A stretch of DNA of 63,313 nucleotides, taken from IMG/VR virus record IMGVR_UViG_2199352004_000009; one strand, given 5' to 3'. Below the pieces are notes generated by a model. It did no database searches, had not been told where the DNA came from, and worked only from the letters and a program-made list of their open reading frames with translations. This document shows positions 47,112 to 56,515 of the stretch, piece by piece; the first letter of the stretch is position 1, and every line of letters starts with the position of its first letter. This DNA comes from an uncultured virus (IMG/VR IMGVR_UViG_2199352004_000009) (taxonomy: Duplodnaviria; Heunggongvirae; Uroviricota; Caudoviricetes). Position numbers and translations under genes: made by a program.

Positions 47112-48529
47112 CATATTTGTTCACAAACAATCAAGAAGTTAAGAATGATACTGGTAATCCATTACCAGTATCAAAGAACACTACAGTAAACTCTTCAGAA
47201 AATCCAATCTTTGTTGATACTGGTCTAACTATTCCAGCAGTATTTGATGGAGAGATTAAAAATGATTCTGGTAATCCAATTCCAGTATCTAAGAATACAT
47301 CAACCAATTCTGATACAAATCCAATCTTTGTTAAGGGAACTTCTGACTCGAGTTTCTTTGCTCCAACTCAATCAGATGCATTCGGTAGACTGCGTGTGAG
47401 TAATCCATATACTTTATTTGATGGGGGTGTGCGCTTTTCGGACAACGCATTTAAGTGGGATCAACAGGATATTGGTGCAGCAGCTTCAACTTTCTTGCCA
47501 AATGAAAGTTCTATATTAATGGCAACCACTGGCGCAGGATCAGCTATTCGTCAGAGTAAACAAGTGTTTTCCTATCAGCCTGGAAAAAGTTTATTAAGTA
47601 TGTTGACTTTTGTTATGAATACTCCTACTGCTGGAGTTACTCAACGAGCTGGATATTTTGGAGCACAGAACGGAATCTATTTTGAAGTAGCAGGAACCAC
47701 AAAAAATCTTGTTATTAGAAAATATACTTCTGGTTCAGTAGATGACACTACAGAAAAGTTCGCTCAAAGTTCTTGGAATGGTGATAAATTAGATGGGACT
47801 GGAGCTAGTGGAATAACATTAGATGTTTCTAAAGCACAGATTTTTTGGTGTGACATTGAATGGTTAGGTGTAGGATCGGTTCGTTGCGGATTTGTTATAG
47901 ATGGACAGTTTATTGTGTGTCATACTTTTCATCATGCTAATATAGCAAACAAAGTCTATATGACCACTGCTACATTACCGTTACGATATGAAATTATTAG
48001 TACTGGACCAGCAGCTTCAATGAGAGCGATCTGTTCCACAGTTATATCAGAGGGTGGCTATATGAATCGTAGCGAAACCCGTGCCATAGGAACAGCACTG
48101 ACTGGTAAAGATCTTAGCAACACAGTTTATAGACCTTTAGTATGTTTAAGATTGGCGTCAACTGCTATAGACTCTATTGTAGTTCCAACCGCATTTGATG
48201 TATTTGGATTACAACTAGCAGCTTTTGCATATCGTATTATTCTTAATCCAACTCTCACGGGAGCCAATTGGACTTCTGCTGGTACAGATAGCACAGTAGA
48301 ATATGACATTTCTGCAACTGCTCTTTCTGGTGGAAAAGTAATAACACAAGGTGTATTTGTAGGATCTAACAAGGGTGGATCTGCTCAGGTTACTTCCAAT
48401 GACATAGACTTTAGCCAACAATTAGGTAGAACCATAGCAGGTGTGTCAGACATATGGTGCTTAGCAGCAATCGCCACTACTAACAATGATGATGCTGTTG
48501 GTATAGTAAACTGGCAAGAACATAACTAG
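47108..48529 (+). CDS. Beta-rich virion structural protein
   Basis: DAFGRLRVS.P.TLF, YQPGKS, WNGDKLDGTG.SG, DIEWLGVGSVR; duplicated N-terminal motif. Confidence 0.72.
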   Translation: MTYLFTNNQEVKNDTGNPLPVSKNTTVNSSENPIFVDTGLTIPAVFDGEIKNDSGNPIPVSKNTSTNSDTNPIFVKGTSDSSFFAPTQSDAFGRLRVSNPYTLFDGGVRFSDNAFKWDQQDIGAAASTFLPNESSILMATTGAGSAIRQSKQVFSYQPGKSLLSMLTFVMNTPTAGVTQRAGYFGAQNGIYFEVAGTTKNLVIRKYTSGSVDDTTEKFAQSSWNGDKLDGTGASGITLDVSKAQIFWCDIEWLGVGSVRCGFVIDGQFIVCHTFHHANIANKVYMTTATLPLRYEIISTGPAASMRAICSTVISEGGYMNRSETRAIGTALTGKDLSNTVYRPLVCLRLASTAIDSIVVPTAFDVFGLQLAAFAYRIILNPTLTGANWTSAGTDSTVEYDISATALSGGKVITQGVFVGSNKGGSAQVTSNDIDFSQQLGRTIAGVSDIWCLAAIATTNNDDAVGIVNWQEHN

Positions 48530-48554
48530 TATGTATAAGTCAGAATTTAAAATG

Positions 48555-48562
48555 ACTAAATA
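48555..48562 (+). promoter_or_regulatory. Late promoter (ACTAAATA)
   Basis: Intergenic, upstream of 48584. Confidence 0.6.
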
Positions 48563-48583
48563 ATAGTAGATATATTTTTATAG

Positions 48584-50824
48584 ATGGAAACAATGAAAAA
48601 GTTTAATCAGTTAGTCCGAGAGTTGCCTTCCAATACCGTTGTTTTCGCATTCGGTAGATTCAACCCACCCACATCTGGGCACGAGCTATTAGTCAAGACA
48701 GTTAAGAAATTAGCTAAGACTCACAATGCTTCTCACGCCATCTATGCATCTAAAACTCTAGATGCTAAAAAGAATCCCCTAACTGTAGAAAAGAAGGTTC
48801 ACTATTTGAACCTTATGTTCCCTGACACCAAATTCGTTGCAGCAAGTGCAACTGTTCGTACGTTTATTGAAGCAGCAAAAGAACTTAATAAAAAGTATAA
48901 GAACTTAATCATGGTTGCTGGCAGCGACCGAATTCCTGAATACGAGAAACTCTTGAACCGATATAATGGTCAAGAGTTTCATTTCGATTCGGTAATGGTT
49001 ATTTCTGCAGGTGAACGAGATCCAGACTCTGATGACGCATCAGGTATGTCTGCTTCTAAGATGCGTGCTGTTGCTTCTAAAGGTGACTATGCTCAGTTCA
49101 AGAAGGGTTTACCTTCTTCTATGAGAGACATTGATGGTCGTCGTTTGATGAATGACGTTCGTCAAGGTATGGGTCTAGACGTTGTTAAAGAACAAGTAAA
49201 GTTTACAGTTGATGCTATCCGTGAGAAGTATCACAAAGGTAAGATATTCCAAATAGGACAATTTGTAGAAAGTGGTGGTTCTACATATGAGATCTTAGAC
49301 AGAGGCGCTAACTATCTAACAGTTGTTGACTCTGTAGGAAATACCCACCGCAAGTGGTTACATGATGTAGTTTTAGCAAAAACTAAAATCAGAGAAGATG
49401 TTCCTGTAGGCTATGCTCCAGATGAAATTACATTTAAGGGCTATACCACAAAGAATTTCCACCACGTTCCTGATGCTGCAAAAGCATTTATGCAAACTAT
49501 TGAACGTGCTGGCGCTGCCGATCCAATCGCAGTCTTAAATGCTATCAAAGCAACTGATACATATATGGGTTTGAACGATTCCCATATTGGATATGGTGAA
49601 GGTCCACAACCAGACGAAGTTAATGATTGGAAAGCTGCTCACGATAAAGCCAAAGAATCTCTAGACAGAGTCGGAGAATTTATGCATCATATGGATTATT
49701 GGCATATGCATCAACACGAATTGGAAGCTATGCTTGGTGACTTTGCAGAAACTGGTAAAGCAGAATTCCAAGAATCCATAGAGGAAGATATGAACGAAGA
49801 ATTAACAAACAAGACATTAAAATCAACTGACAAAGTAAAAGTTGCTCGTATGATAGCAACTATGCTTGGAACTGAGAATGCTGAAGCGTCAAGTTCTCCA
49901 GAACAGTTGGTTAATTCTGCCTTACGCAAGGTAAAGAATAAAGCTCTAAACGCAGAAGCATTGAAGATCTTAGACAACATGCTTCAACTAGCTACTGATG
50001 TTGGTATTAAGTTTGATGGAACTCTTAAGCCACAAAAGCTAAAAGAAGAGAATGAAGAAGATCTACTGATGGTTCAGCAAGATGCAATCCAACACAATCA
50101 TAAAATGAAGACTGGTCATACTTTACATCCTGCAGTAGTAGGTAGTGATCATGCTCGTCTTGCAAAGATTAGAAAACAATTAGGCGAAAAGACTATCGAA
50201 GGTAAAGCAGTTAAGTTACCAGATGACTCTCAAATGCTTGGAACAGTTAGTCAAGCTCAAGATGCATTTGTAAACAACACACCAGAAATGCCTGCAATTC
50301 ACACCCCAGAAGAAGACTTTGATGACAACTTCGATGACGATATCGAAAAGATGTCTGACGATGACTACTATGATGCATATGAAGATGATGAGTTTTCTCT
50401 AGTCGATGATGACACTGGTGAAGAAATCGAAGATGACGAAGAAAATAAAAAGATCAAAGAATCTACCTTAATGGAAGTTCTTTCTAGAGCAGAAAGAATC
50501 CGTGCTCGTGTGCGTTTGGCTAAGACCCAATCAAAGCGTGAACGTTCCGTTAAAATTGCACTAAAGCGTTACTCCCCACCTGCAACAATTAACAAAAGAG
50601 CAAGACGTCTTGCCATTAAGTTAATGAAGCAGCGTATGGTTCGTGGTCGCGATATCAATAAACTATCTGTAGGTGAGAAAGAAAGAATTGAAAGAACTCT
50701 AGAAAAGCGTAAAGATACTATCAATAGAGTTGCTATGAAGCTGGCTCCACGTGTACGTAAAATGGAAAAGGCTAGATTGTCTCACACTAAGTATACGCAA
50801 TCTACACCAAGTGTAGCAATGTAA
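48584..50824 (+). CDS. HIGH-superfamily cytidylyltransferase-like protein with long C-terminal extension
   Basis: FGRFNPPTSGH, KNPL, VAGSDR, SAGERDPD, MSASKMR; acidic and basic C-terminal modules. Confidence 0.85.
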   Translation: METMKKFNQLVRELPSNTVVFAFGRFNPPTSGHELLVKTVKKLAKTHNASHAIYASKTLDAKKNPLTVEKKVHYLNLMFPDTKFVAASATVRTFIEAAKELNKKYKNLIMVAGSDRIPEYEKLLNRYNGQEFHFDSVMVISAGERDPDSDDASGMSASKMRAVASKGDYAQFKKGLPSSMRDIDGRRLMNDVRQGMGLDVVKEQVKFTVDAIREKYHKGKIFQIGQFVESGGSTYEILDRGANYLTVVDSVGNTHRKWLHDVVLAKTKIREDVPVGYAPDEITFKGYTTKNFHHVPDAAKAFMQTIERAGAADPIAVLNAIKATDTYMGLNDSHIGYGEGPQPDEVNDWKAAHDKAKESLDRVGEFMHHMDYWHMHQHELEAMLGDFAETGKAEFQESIEEDMNEELTNKTLKSTDKVKVARMIATMLGTENAEASSSPEQLVNSALRKVKNKALNAEALKILDNMLQLATDVGIKFDGTLKPQKLKEENEEDLLMVQQDAIQHNHKMKTGHTLHPAVVGSDHARLAKIRKQLGEKTIEGKAVKLPDDSQMLGTVSQAQDAFVNNTPEMPAIHTPEEDFDDNFDDDIEKMSDDDYYDAYEDDEFSLVDDDTGEEIEDDEENKKIKESTLMEVLSRAERIRARVRLAKTQSKRERSVKIALKRYSPPATINKRARRLAIKLMKQRMVRGRDINKLSVGEKERIERTLEKRKDTINRVAMKLAPRVRKMEKARLSHTKYTQSTPSVAM

Positions 50825-50833
50825 GGAACAATT

Positions 50834-51652
50834 ATGAATTCATTTAAAGACTACTTAAAAGAAGCATGTGACTGCTGGAAAGGACACAAACGTGTTCCTG
50901 GAACAAAGCCATGCGCACCTGGATCTTGCGTTAAAGAACAATTAGGCGAAGGCGAACGTGGCTTATGGGATAATATCCACGCTAAGCGCAAGCGTATCAA
51001 AGCTGGCTCTGGCGAGAAAATGCGTAAGCCAGGTAGCAAAGGTGCTCCTACTGATGCAGCATTCAAAGCAGCAAATGAAGAAGTTGTGGCGGAAGTTAGT
51101 GATGCTACGCTAACCAGTTATCTAACAAAATTAGATAAAGATAACCTTAAGCACAGAATGGATCCCACAAAACGCAGTGACGCAAAACGCATGAAAAGTG
51201 GTCCTAATTTTGTTAAAGCGTTTACCAAATTGGATAATAGAAAGTCAGAAAGTTCTATTAAAGAAGAACTATCTGCGGACGAGCAATTTGATGTTATTGA
51301 AGAAACTGTTGAGGAATTAGCTAAAGAACATAGTCTTGATTCAGAAGCTATCTGGGAAGCTTTAGAATCAGTTGACGATACTGAATTGCTAGAATATGCT
51401 ATCGATAAAAAAGGACACAAGTCTTCTGAAGGTGGTTTAACACAAAAGGGTGTTGATGCTTACAATGCTAAGACTGGTGGTAACTTAAAGATGGCAGTTA
51501 CTACTCCACCATCAAAGCTAAAAGCTGGTAGCAAAGCTGCTAATCGCCGTAAGTCTTTCTGCGCACGTATGGGTGGTATGGAAGGCTCGATGAAGAAACC
51601 AAACGGAGAGCCAACACGTAAAGCTCTGGCTCTTAGAAAGTGGAACTGCTAA
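50834..51652 (+). CDS. Modular probable internal head protein
   Basis: MNSFKDYLKE start; GLWDNIHAKRKRIK and RRKSFCARMGG...ALRKWNC modules separated by E-rich linkers. Confidence 0.75.
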   Translation: MNSFKDYLKEACDCWKGHKRVPGTKPCAPGSCVKEQLGEGERGLWDNIHAKRKRIKAGSGEKMRKPGSKGAPTDAAFKAANEEVVAEVSDATLTSYLTKLDKDNLKHRMDPTKRSDAKRMKSGPNFVKAFTKLDNRKSESSIKEELSADEQFDVIEETVEELAKEHSLDSEAIWEALESVDDTELLEYAIDKKGHKSSEGGLTQKGVDAYNAKTGGNLKMAVTTPPSKLKAGSKAANRRKSFCARMGGMEGSMKKPNGEPTRKALALRKWNC

Positions 51653-51654
51653 AT

Positions 51655-52101
51655 ATGGATGAACTAAAAGCAACGCTAAAGGTACTAATGGCAAATCAGT
51701 TTGTCATGTACTTTAAAGCGCAATCGTATCACTGGAATGTTGAGGGTATTAACTTCAACGAATACCACGACTTCTTTGCAGAGATCTATTCTGATGTTTA
51801 TGCTCAAGTAGATCCTGTGGCAGAGTACCTAAGAGTATTGGGTGAATATGCACCGCTGTCCGTGATGCAACTATATGAGTATAAATCTATTGACGAAGAT
51901 ACCTTTAAGCCTAGCACTGTAATGGGCATGCTTGGAAACCTAAACAAAGACAATCAAGAGTTAATAGCAAACCTAAATAAATTATTCGATGTTGCTTCTT
52001 CTGCTAATGAACAGGGCATGGCTGACTACGCTGCATCAAGATTAGACAAACATAAAAAGCATGCGTGGATGATTCGTTCATGCTTAAAGATCGAGGACTA
52101 A
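51655..52101 (+). CDS. dps: Dps / ferritin-like protein
   Basis: HWNVEG..F...H.FF.E.Y, D..AE, HKKHAWM. Confidence 0.9.
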   Translation: MDELKATLKVLMANQFVMYFKAQSYHWNVEGINFNEYHDFFAEIYSDVYAQVDPVAEYLRVLGEYAPLSVMQLYEYKSIDEDTFKPSTVMGMLGNLNKDNQELIANLNKLFDVASSANEQGMADYAASRLDKHKKHAWMIRSCLKIED

Positions 52102-52102
52102 C

Positions 52103-54727
52103 ATGCTAAAGTATTCACAACTGCTAACGAAAATCTCAGAAAAAGAAGAGATGGCTCGTTCAGACTATAAAGTTTCTCCTTCTGGAAGAAAAGCGCATAA
52201 GTATATTGTCTTTAAAGATAAAGAAGATTCTGAGCGTGATGATGTTAAAGAAGAAATTGAATTGGATGAATCACTAGATCCAAGCGAGATCGCAAGTAAT
52301 CCTAAAATGTATGACTCTGCTACTGCAAAGAAAGCATACTATCACAAGAATGTAACAGCTGATGATAAGAAAGCGTTAGAGCGTCATCTAGATCGTCATC
52401 ATGGAAATAAAGAGTGGCGTAAACCAGTTAAAGAAGGTTACGAAGACCACCACTTGTTTCCTGACTATATGCAAAAGATCTTGAAGAAGCACGAACAAAG
52501 TCCAGAAGAAAAAGCTCATTGGGCTAAAAAGGCAGCTGAAGCAAGAGCCAATGCTAAACCAGTCAATAATAAAGCAGAACCATACAAACCACTAGGTGGC
52601 AGAGACGAAAAGTCTGGTCGTTCTTACTCGGAAGAAGTTGATCAGATTGATGAGATCTCTTCTAAACTTGCTGGTGATTACTATGGCGCTGCTACAAAGA
52701 AACATCTAGATAAAGTTGGTATTAAACCAAACATGTATGATCGTATTGCAAAAGATATGGGCAAGAAGCGCAAGGCAGGTGTTGATCGTGCTTTAGATCG
52801 TATCACTGGTGCTCGTAAGACTAATGAAGATCTTGTGACTGAAGGCGCATTCGAAAAGGCAGAAGAAAATAAACGTTCTGCCGACGCTGCTAAGAAGTAT
52901 GGTAACACGTTTGACTACCACTTGCATATGGCAGACCATCATGACAATATGGCTGAGTGGCATGGAAGCAGAGGTCGCCATGGTGAAGCAGATAAGCATG
53001 CTGAGAAGGCTGAGCAACACCATGAACTTGCCATGAAGCATAAAGACAAGGTTAAAAAAGAAGAAGTTGATTTAGAAGAAAATCATCTCATGGATTATCG
53101 TAGATACACTCAGGCTGCTAAGAACGCTAAAGCCAAAGGTGACCATGATATCGCCAAAGATGCAGAAGAAAAAGCCAAGAAATCTGCAGATAATTATAAA
53201 CGTGTTACTGGTAAAACTCCATCGTTCCACGAAGAAAAGGAAACCTCTATGTTAAGTTTTAAAGACATTATGGAAAAGATGAATCTTTCCAAAGCATCTA
53301 TGGGTGATGTTATTAAAGACTTTCAAAAGTCTGACGCACCTCAGTTTGCTGGCAAGTCCGATGAAAAGAAGCGCCAGATGGCAATTGCTGCAAAGCTAGA
53401 AGCTGAGCGTGGAGTCAAAGAAGAGACTGAAGAAGTCGAAGAAGAACTCAAAGGCAATCAGCACAAGATCGATAAGAACAAGAATGGCAAAGTTGATGCC
53501 CATGACTTCAAACTCTTACGTAAAGAAGAGGAAGAAATGGAAGAAAAGTTTGATCCACTTAAGCACGTTAAGAATCCAACTCCAGGTGAGAAGAAAGCTG
53601 CTAAAGATGTTAAGCGTAGCAGTTATGCGGATCGTGCAGCCATGCTAAGATCTGCTCAAGCAGATGGTAGACTGAAAGAAGAGGAAGAAATTGAAGAACA
53701 AGCACCAGTTGCTCCATCTTTAATGAAGCATCGTATCTCTGTAACAGTTTCTGATCCTGACCATACAATGGTTTCTAAGCGTAAAGAAAAGATTCAAAAG
53801 ACTGTTATCGTTACACACAGTGATAACAAAGAGGGTGCTAAGAAAGTAGGCGAAAAGTTCTATAAGAAAAAAGGATATATCGTCCACGACTCTAATCATG
53901 CTGGTATGGTTAAAGAAGAAGTTGAAGAACTAGATGAACTGAGCAAAAAGACTTTAAGTTCTTATGCTAAGAAAGCAATGAGAGATGCCGCAGTTAAACA
54001 CAAATATGCTGGTGACTATGATAATATAAGCGATAGATCAAGAAAACCAGACATTAAAAAAGCAGCAGATGCAAAGGCTCTAAAATACAAAGAAAAATAC
54101 GTTCGACGCAGAGATGGCGTTGACGCAGCAATTGACCGTTTGGCTAAAGAAGAAGTTGAACAGATCGATGAAGTCAACCATCGTGAGTTTGCTCAAGCTG
54201 GTAAGATGCACCCAACAATGGCGCAGTACATGAAGAGTGGTCAAGAGATTGATTTCTATCACTCTAAGACTGGTGATAAGATCTCTGGTAAAGTCACTAA
54301 GAACGATGGCAAGAACATTCATGTTCAAGCTAACAAGGGTGGTAAAGTTGGTGGTGGCGAAACTCACAAGTTCGCTGTTAGTAAAAATCTTGGCGGACAA
54401 ATGCGCGAAGGAGTAGACATGCCAATGACATATAAAGAGTTCATGGAAGCACTATGGCCAGGAACAGCAGAATATAAAAAGAAATTCGCAGATAAAGAGC
54501 GCACAACTGGCGCTGGCGCACGACATGATATCGTTGATACGGGCAAGGGTGTAAGAGCTACTCGTCGTTTCAGCGACAATGACACCGCAGAAGCACCAAA
54601 GACCCAAGAGAGACGTGGTCGTGGTCGCCCTGCAGGATCCAAGTCTGGTGCAAATCAGAAGGTAACAACAAAATCAGACGAATCAGGTGGAATGGCTACT
54701 CATTCACTACGTCTTCCATCAAGATAA
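52103..54727 (+). CDS. Large modular probable internal head polyprotein
   Basis: About 11 basic modules separated by KEE(V/I)E.(L/I)DE-type linkers. Confidence 0.75.
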   Translation: MLKYSQLLTKISEKEEMARSDYKVSPSGRKAHKYIVFKDKEDSERDDVKEEIELDESLDPSEIASNPKMYDSATAKKAYYHKNVTADDKKALERHLDRHHGNKEWRKPVKEGYEDHHLFPDYMQKILKKHEQSPEEKAHWAKKAAEARANAKPVNNKAEPYKPLGGRDEKSGRSYSEEVDQIDEISSKLAGDYYGAATKKHLDKVGIKPNMYDRIAKDMGKKRKAGVDRALDRITGARKTNEDLVTEGAFEKAEENKRSADAAKKYGNTFDYHLHMADHHDNMAEWHGSRGRHGEADKHAEKAEQHHELAMKHKDKVKKEEVDLEENHLMDYRRYTQAAKNAKAKGDHDIAKDAEEKAKKSADNYKRVTGKTPSFHEEKETSMLSFKDIMEKMNLSKASMGDVIKDFQKSDAPQFAGKSDEKKRQMAIAAKLEAERGVKEETEEVEEELKGNQHKIDKNKNGKVDAHDFKLLRKEEEEMEEKFDPLKHVKNPTPGEKKAAKDVKRSSYADRAAMLRSAQADGRLKEEEEIEEQAPVAPSLMKHRISVTVSDPDHTMVSKRKEKIQKTVIVTHSDNKEGAKKVGEKFYKKKGYIVHDSNHAGMVKEEVEELDELSKKTLSSYAKKAMRDAAVKHKYAGDYDNISDRSRKPDIKKAADAKALKYKEKYVRRRDGVDAAIDRLAKEEVEQIDEVNHREFAQAGKMHPTMAQYMKSGQEIDFYHSKTGDKISGKVTKNDGKNIHVQANKGGKVGGGETHKFAVSKNLGGQMREGVDMPMTYKEFMEALWPGTAEYKKKFADKERTTGAGARHDIVDTGKGVRATRRFSDNDTAEAPKTQERRGRGRPAGSKSGANQKVTTKSDESGGMATHSLRLPSR

Positions 54728-54742
54728 TTAAGGAGAAAAACC

Positions 54743-55576
54743 ATGGCACTATGGGGAAAAACAGATACATTGGCTGATAAACCAAAGCATCTAACTAAAC
54801 TAAACACTTTCGACGCAACTTCAACCAGCGTTGTCAACACAACTGCTGAGACTATTGCAATTCCAGGACATGGATTCATGACTGCTGATGCAGTTGCATA
54901 TGAATCTTCAGGAACTGCAATTGGTGGTTTGACTGATGGCACTACATACTTTGCTATTCGTGTTAATGGCGATAGCATTAAACTTGCAACTACTGCATCT
55001 AATGCAACTGCAGGAACTGCAATTAACCTATCCGCTGTTGGCGCAGGTACTGCAGACACTCTTCAACTAACTGCTCCAACTGTAGTCTTTGTTGACTCTA
55101 ACGAAGCAAGCGTTGCTGCAAACAAGGCTAAAGGTATCACTGGTGCAGGCTGGTGGATCTATCGTACTTATACAGACTCTCAGTCTAGCACTCGTCACAA
55201 GGCAGAGTGTTTGGTTGCATTGGCTTCTACTGCTGCTGTATCTGGCGATGCTGAAGATACTATTACAGTTGATCGTGCTATCACTATTGGTACACAACCT
55301 AGTAACGCATCAGTTACTGCTCCAGCACCTGCAACATTCTCTGTTGTAGCTACTGCAACTGGTGACGGTGACTTGACATATCAATGGCAGATCCAACAAG
55401 AAGGTGCTGGCGCATGGGCTAACATCTCTGCTGCAACTAACGCAAGCTACACTACTGGTGCTACAGCAACTGGTGACGGCGCTGGTGCCACAGATGGTGA
55501 CAAGTATCGTGTAGTTATCTCTACAGCTGGTGCTGCTGATGTGACTTCTAGTGCAGTGACTTTAACTGTTGCTTAA
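54743..55576 (+). CDS. Virion structural protein with C-terminal Ig-like domain
   Basis: MALWGKTD start, ITIGTQP...ATFSV.A...LTYQWQ...YRVVIS...TLTV. Confidence 0.8.
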   Translation: MALWGKTDTLADKPKHLTKLNTFDATSTSVVNTTAETIAIPGHGFMTADAVAYESSGTAIGGLTDGTTYFAIRVNGDSIKLATTASNATAGTAINLSAVGAGTADTLQLTAPTVVFVDSNEASVAANKAKGITGAGWWIYRTYTDSQSSTRHKAECLVALASTAAVSGDAEDTITVDRAITIGTQPSNASVTAPAPATFSVVATATGDGDLTYQWQIQQEGAGAWANISAATNASYTTGATATGDGAGATDGDKYRVVISTAGAADVTSSAVTLTVA

Positions 55577-55577
55577 T

Positions 55578-55599
55578 TAATGGGGCATATGCCCCATTA
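55578..55599. other. Perfect 22-bp palindrome (hairpin or terminator)
   Basis: TAATGGGGCATATGCCCCATTA right after the stop; no U tract. Confidence 0.6.
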
Positions 55600-55601
55600 T
55601 A

Positions 55602-55988
55602 ATGATTATGGTTTATGATCAACTGAATGAAAGTAACTTTCTTCTATTTGCTATGCATCACTACGATAATGTCCAGTGTCATAGCTTAGAAGAATTTGAC
55701 TCTGATTTAAAAAGATTTTTGTATCTCAAGAAATTATTTTCCAGATACAAAAACACAGGTGAACTTAAAGAACGATTGGTATTAAATCATATCATCGTTC
55801 TTTATAATTTATTTGGTATTGCAGCTACCAAAATGTTATTCTATAGCATAGATAAAGAACATTGGAACATACTGATAACATTTTTGATATTTTTAAACAG
55901 AATGCCAGAAAATGTTCCAGAATATTCGATAACAACATCTGATTATGCATTAGATGAAAACGTGATAGAATCTCTAAGGAAAATTTAA
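55602..55988 (+). CDS. Conserved T4-like hypothetical protein
   Basis: FLLFAM.HYDN..C...EEF..DLKRF.YLK.L...ELKERL.LNHII.LYN.FG. Confidence 0.78.
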   Translation: MIMVYDQLNESNFLLFAMHHYDNVQCHSLEEFDSDLKRFLYLKKLFSRYKNTGELKERLVLNHIIVLYNLFGIAATKMLFYSIDKEHWNILITFLIFLNRMPENVPEYSITTSDYALDENVIESLRKI

Positions 55989-56515
55989 TGAGTCAAATAG
56001 TAGACAACTTGTTAGCTTATAAGATTTTGACTATGTTAGTCAAACCTTTCAAAGACACGCAAGCGTTTAAGCTAGGCATCATCGATGATAAAGGAACCAA
56101 TCTTAAAAAGTCTGGTTCTCTTCGCACATCTGAAGAAAAAGACTCATACACTTACCTACATCGTTTAGTATTCAACATGAAGAAGATTATCAATAAACTA
56201 CCAGGTGGTGAGAATAATCTTAAAAGTTTAGTGGCAGCATTGTTTATGGTACGTGAGTATTATGACAGCAAAGATAGAACTACATCTCTTATGGAAAGTA
56301 AGTTTCTAAGTGTATTAGAAAAGTTAAATGCTGGAGTTACACTTGCTGAAGAAGAGATTACAGTTAATAAATTTATTAGATCTATGGAAGAAGATGCACC
56401 AGTCAACAACGTTGGCGGTGGTGCAATTGCTCAATTAGATGAACCATTGATAAACAAAAAGACGGTAAAGAAATATAAAACAATTGTTCGTAGAAATAAA
56501 CCAGTGAGTGTATAA
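55988..56515 (+). CDS. Conserved T4-like hypothetical protein
   Basis: AFKLGIID.KG, YT.LHRLVFN.K; C-term EEDAPVNNVGGG. Confidence 0.75.
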   Translation: MSQIVDNLLAYKILTMLVKPFKDTQAFKLGIIDDKGTNLKKSGSLRTSEEKDSYTYLHRLVFNMKKIINKLPGGENNLKSLVAALFMVREYYDSKDRTTSLMESKFLSVLEKLNAGVTLAEEEITVNKFIRSMEEDAPVNNVGGGAIAQLDEPLINKKTVKKYKTIVRRNKPVSV

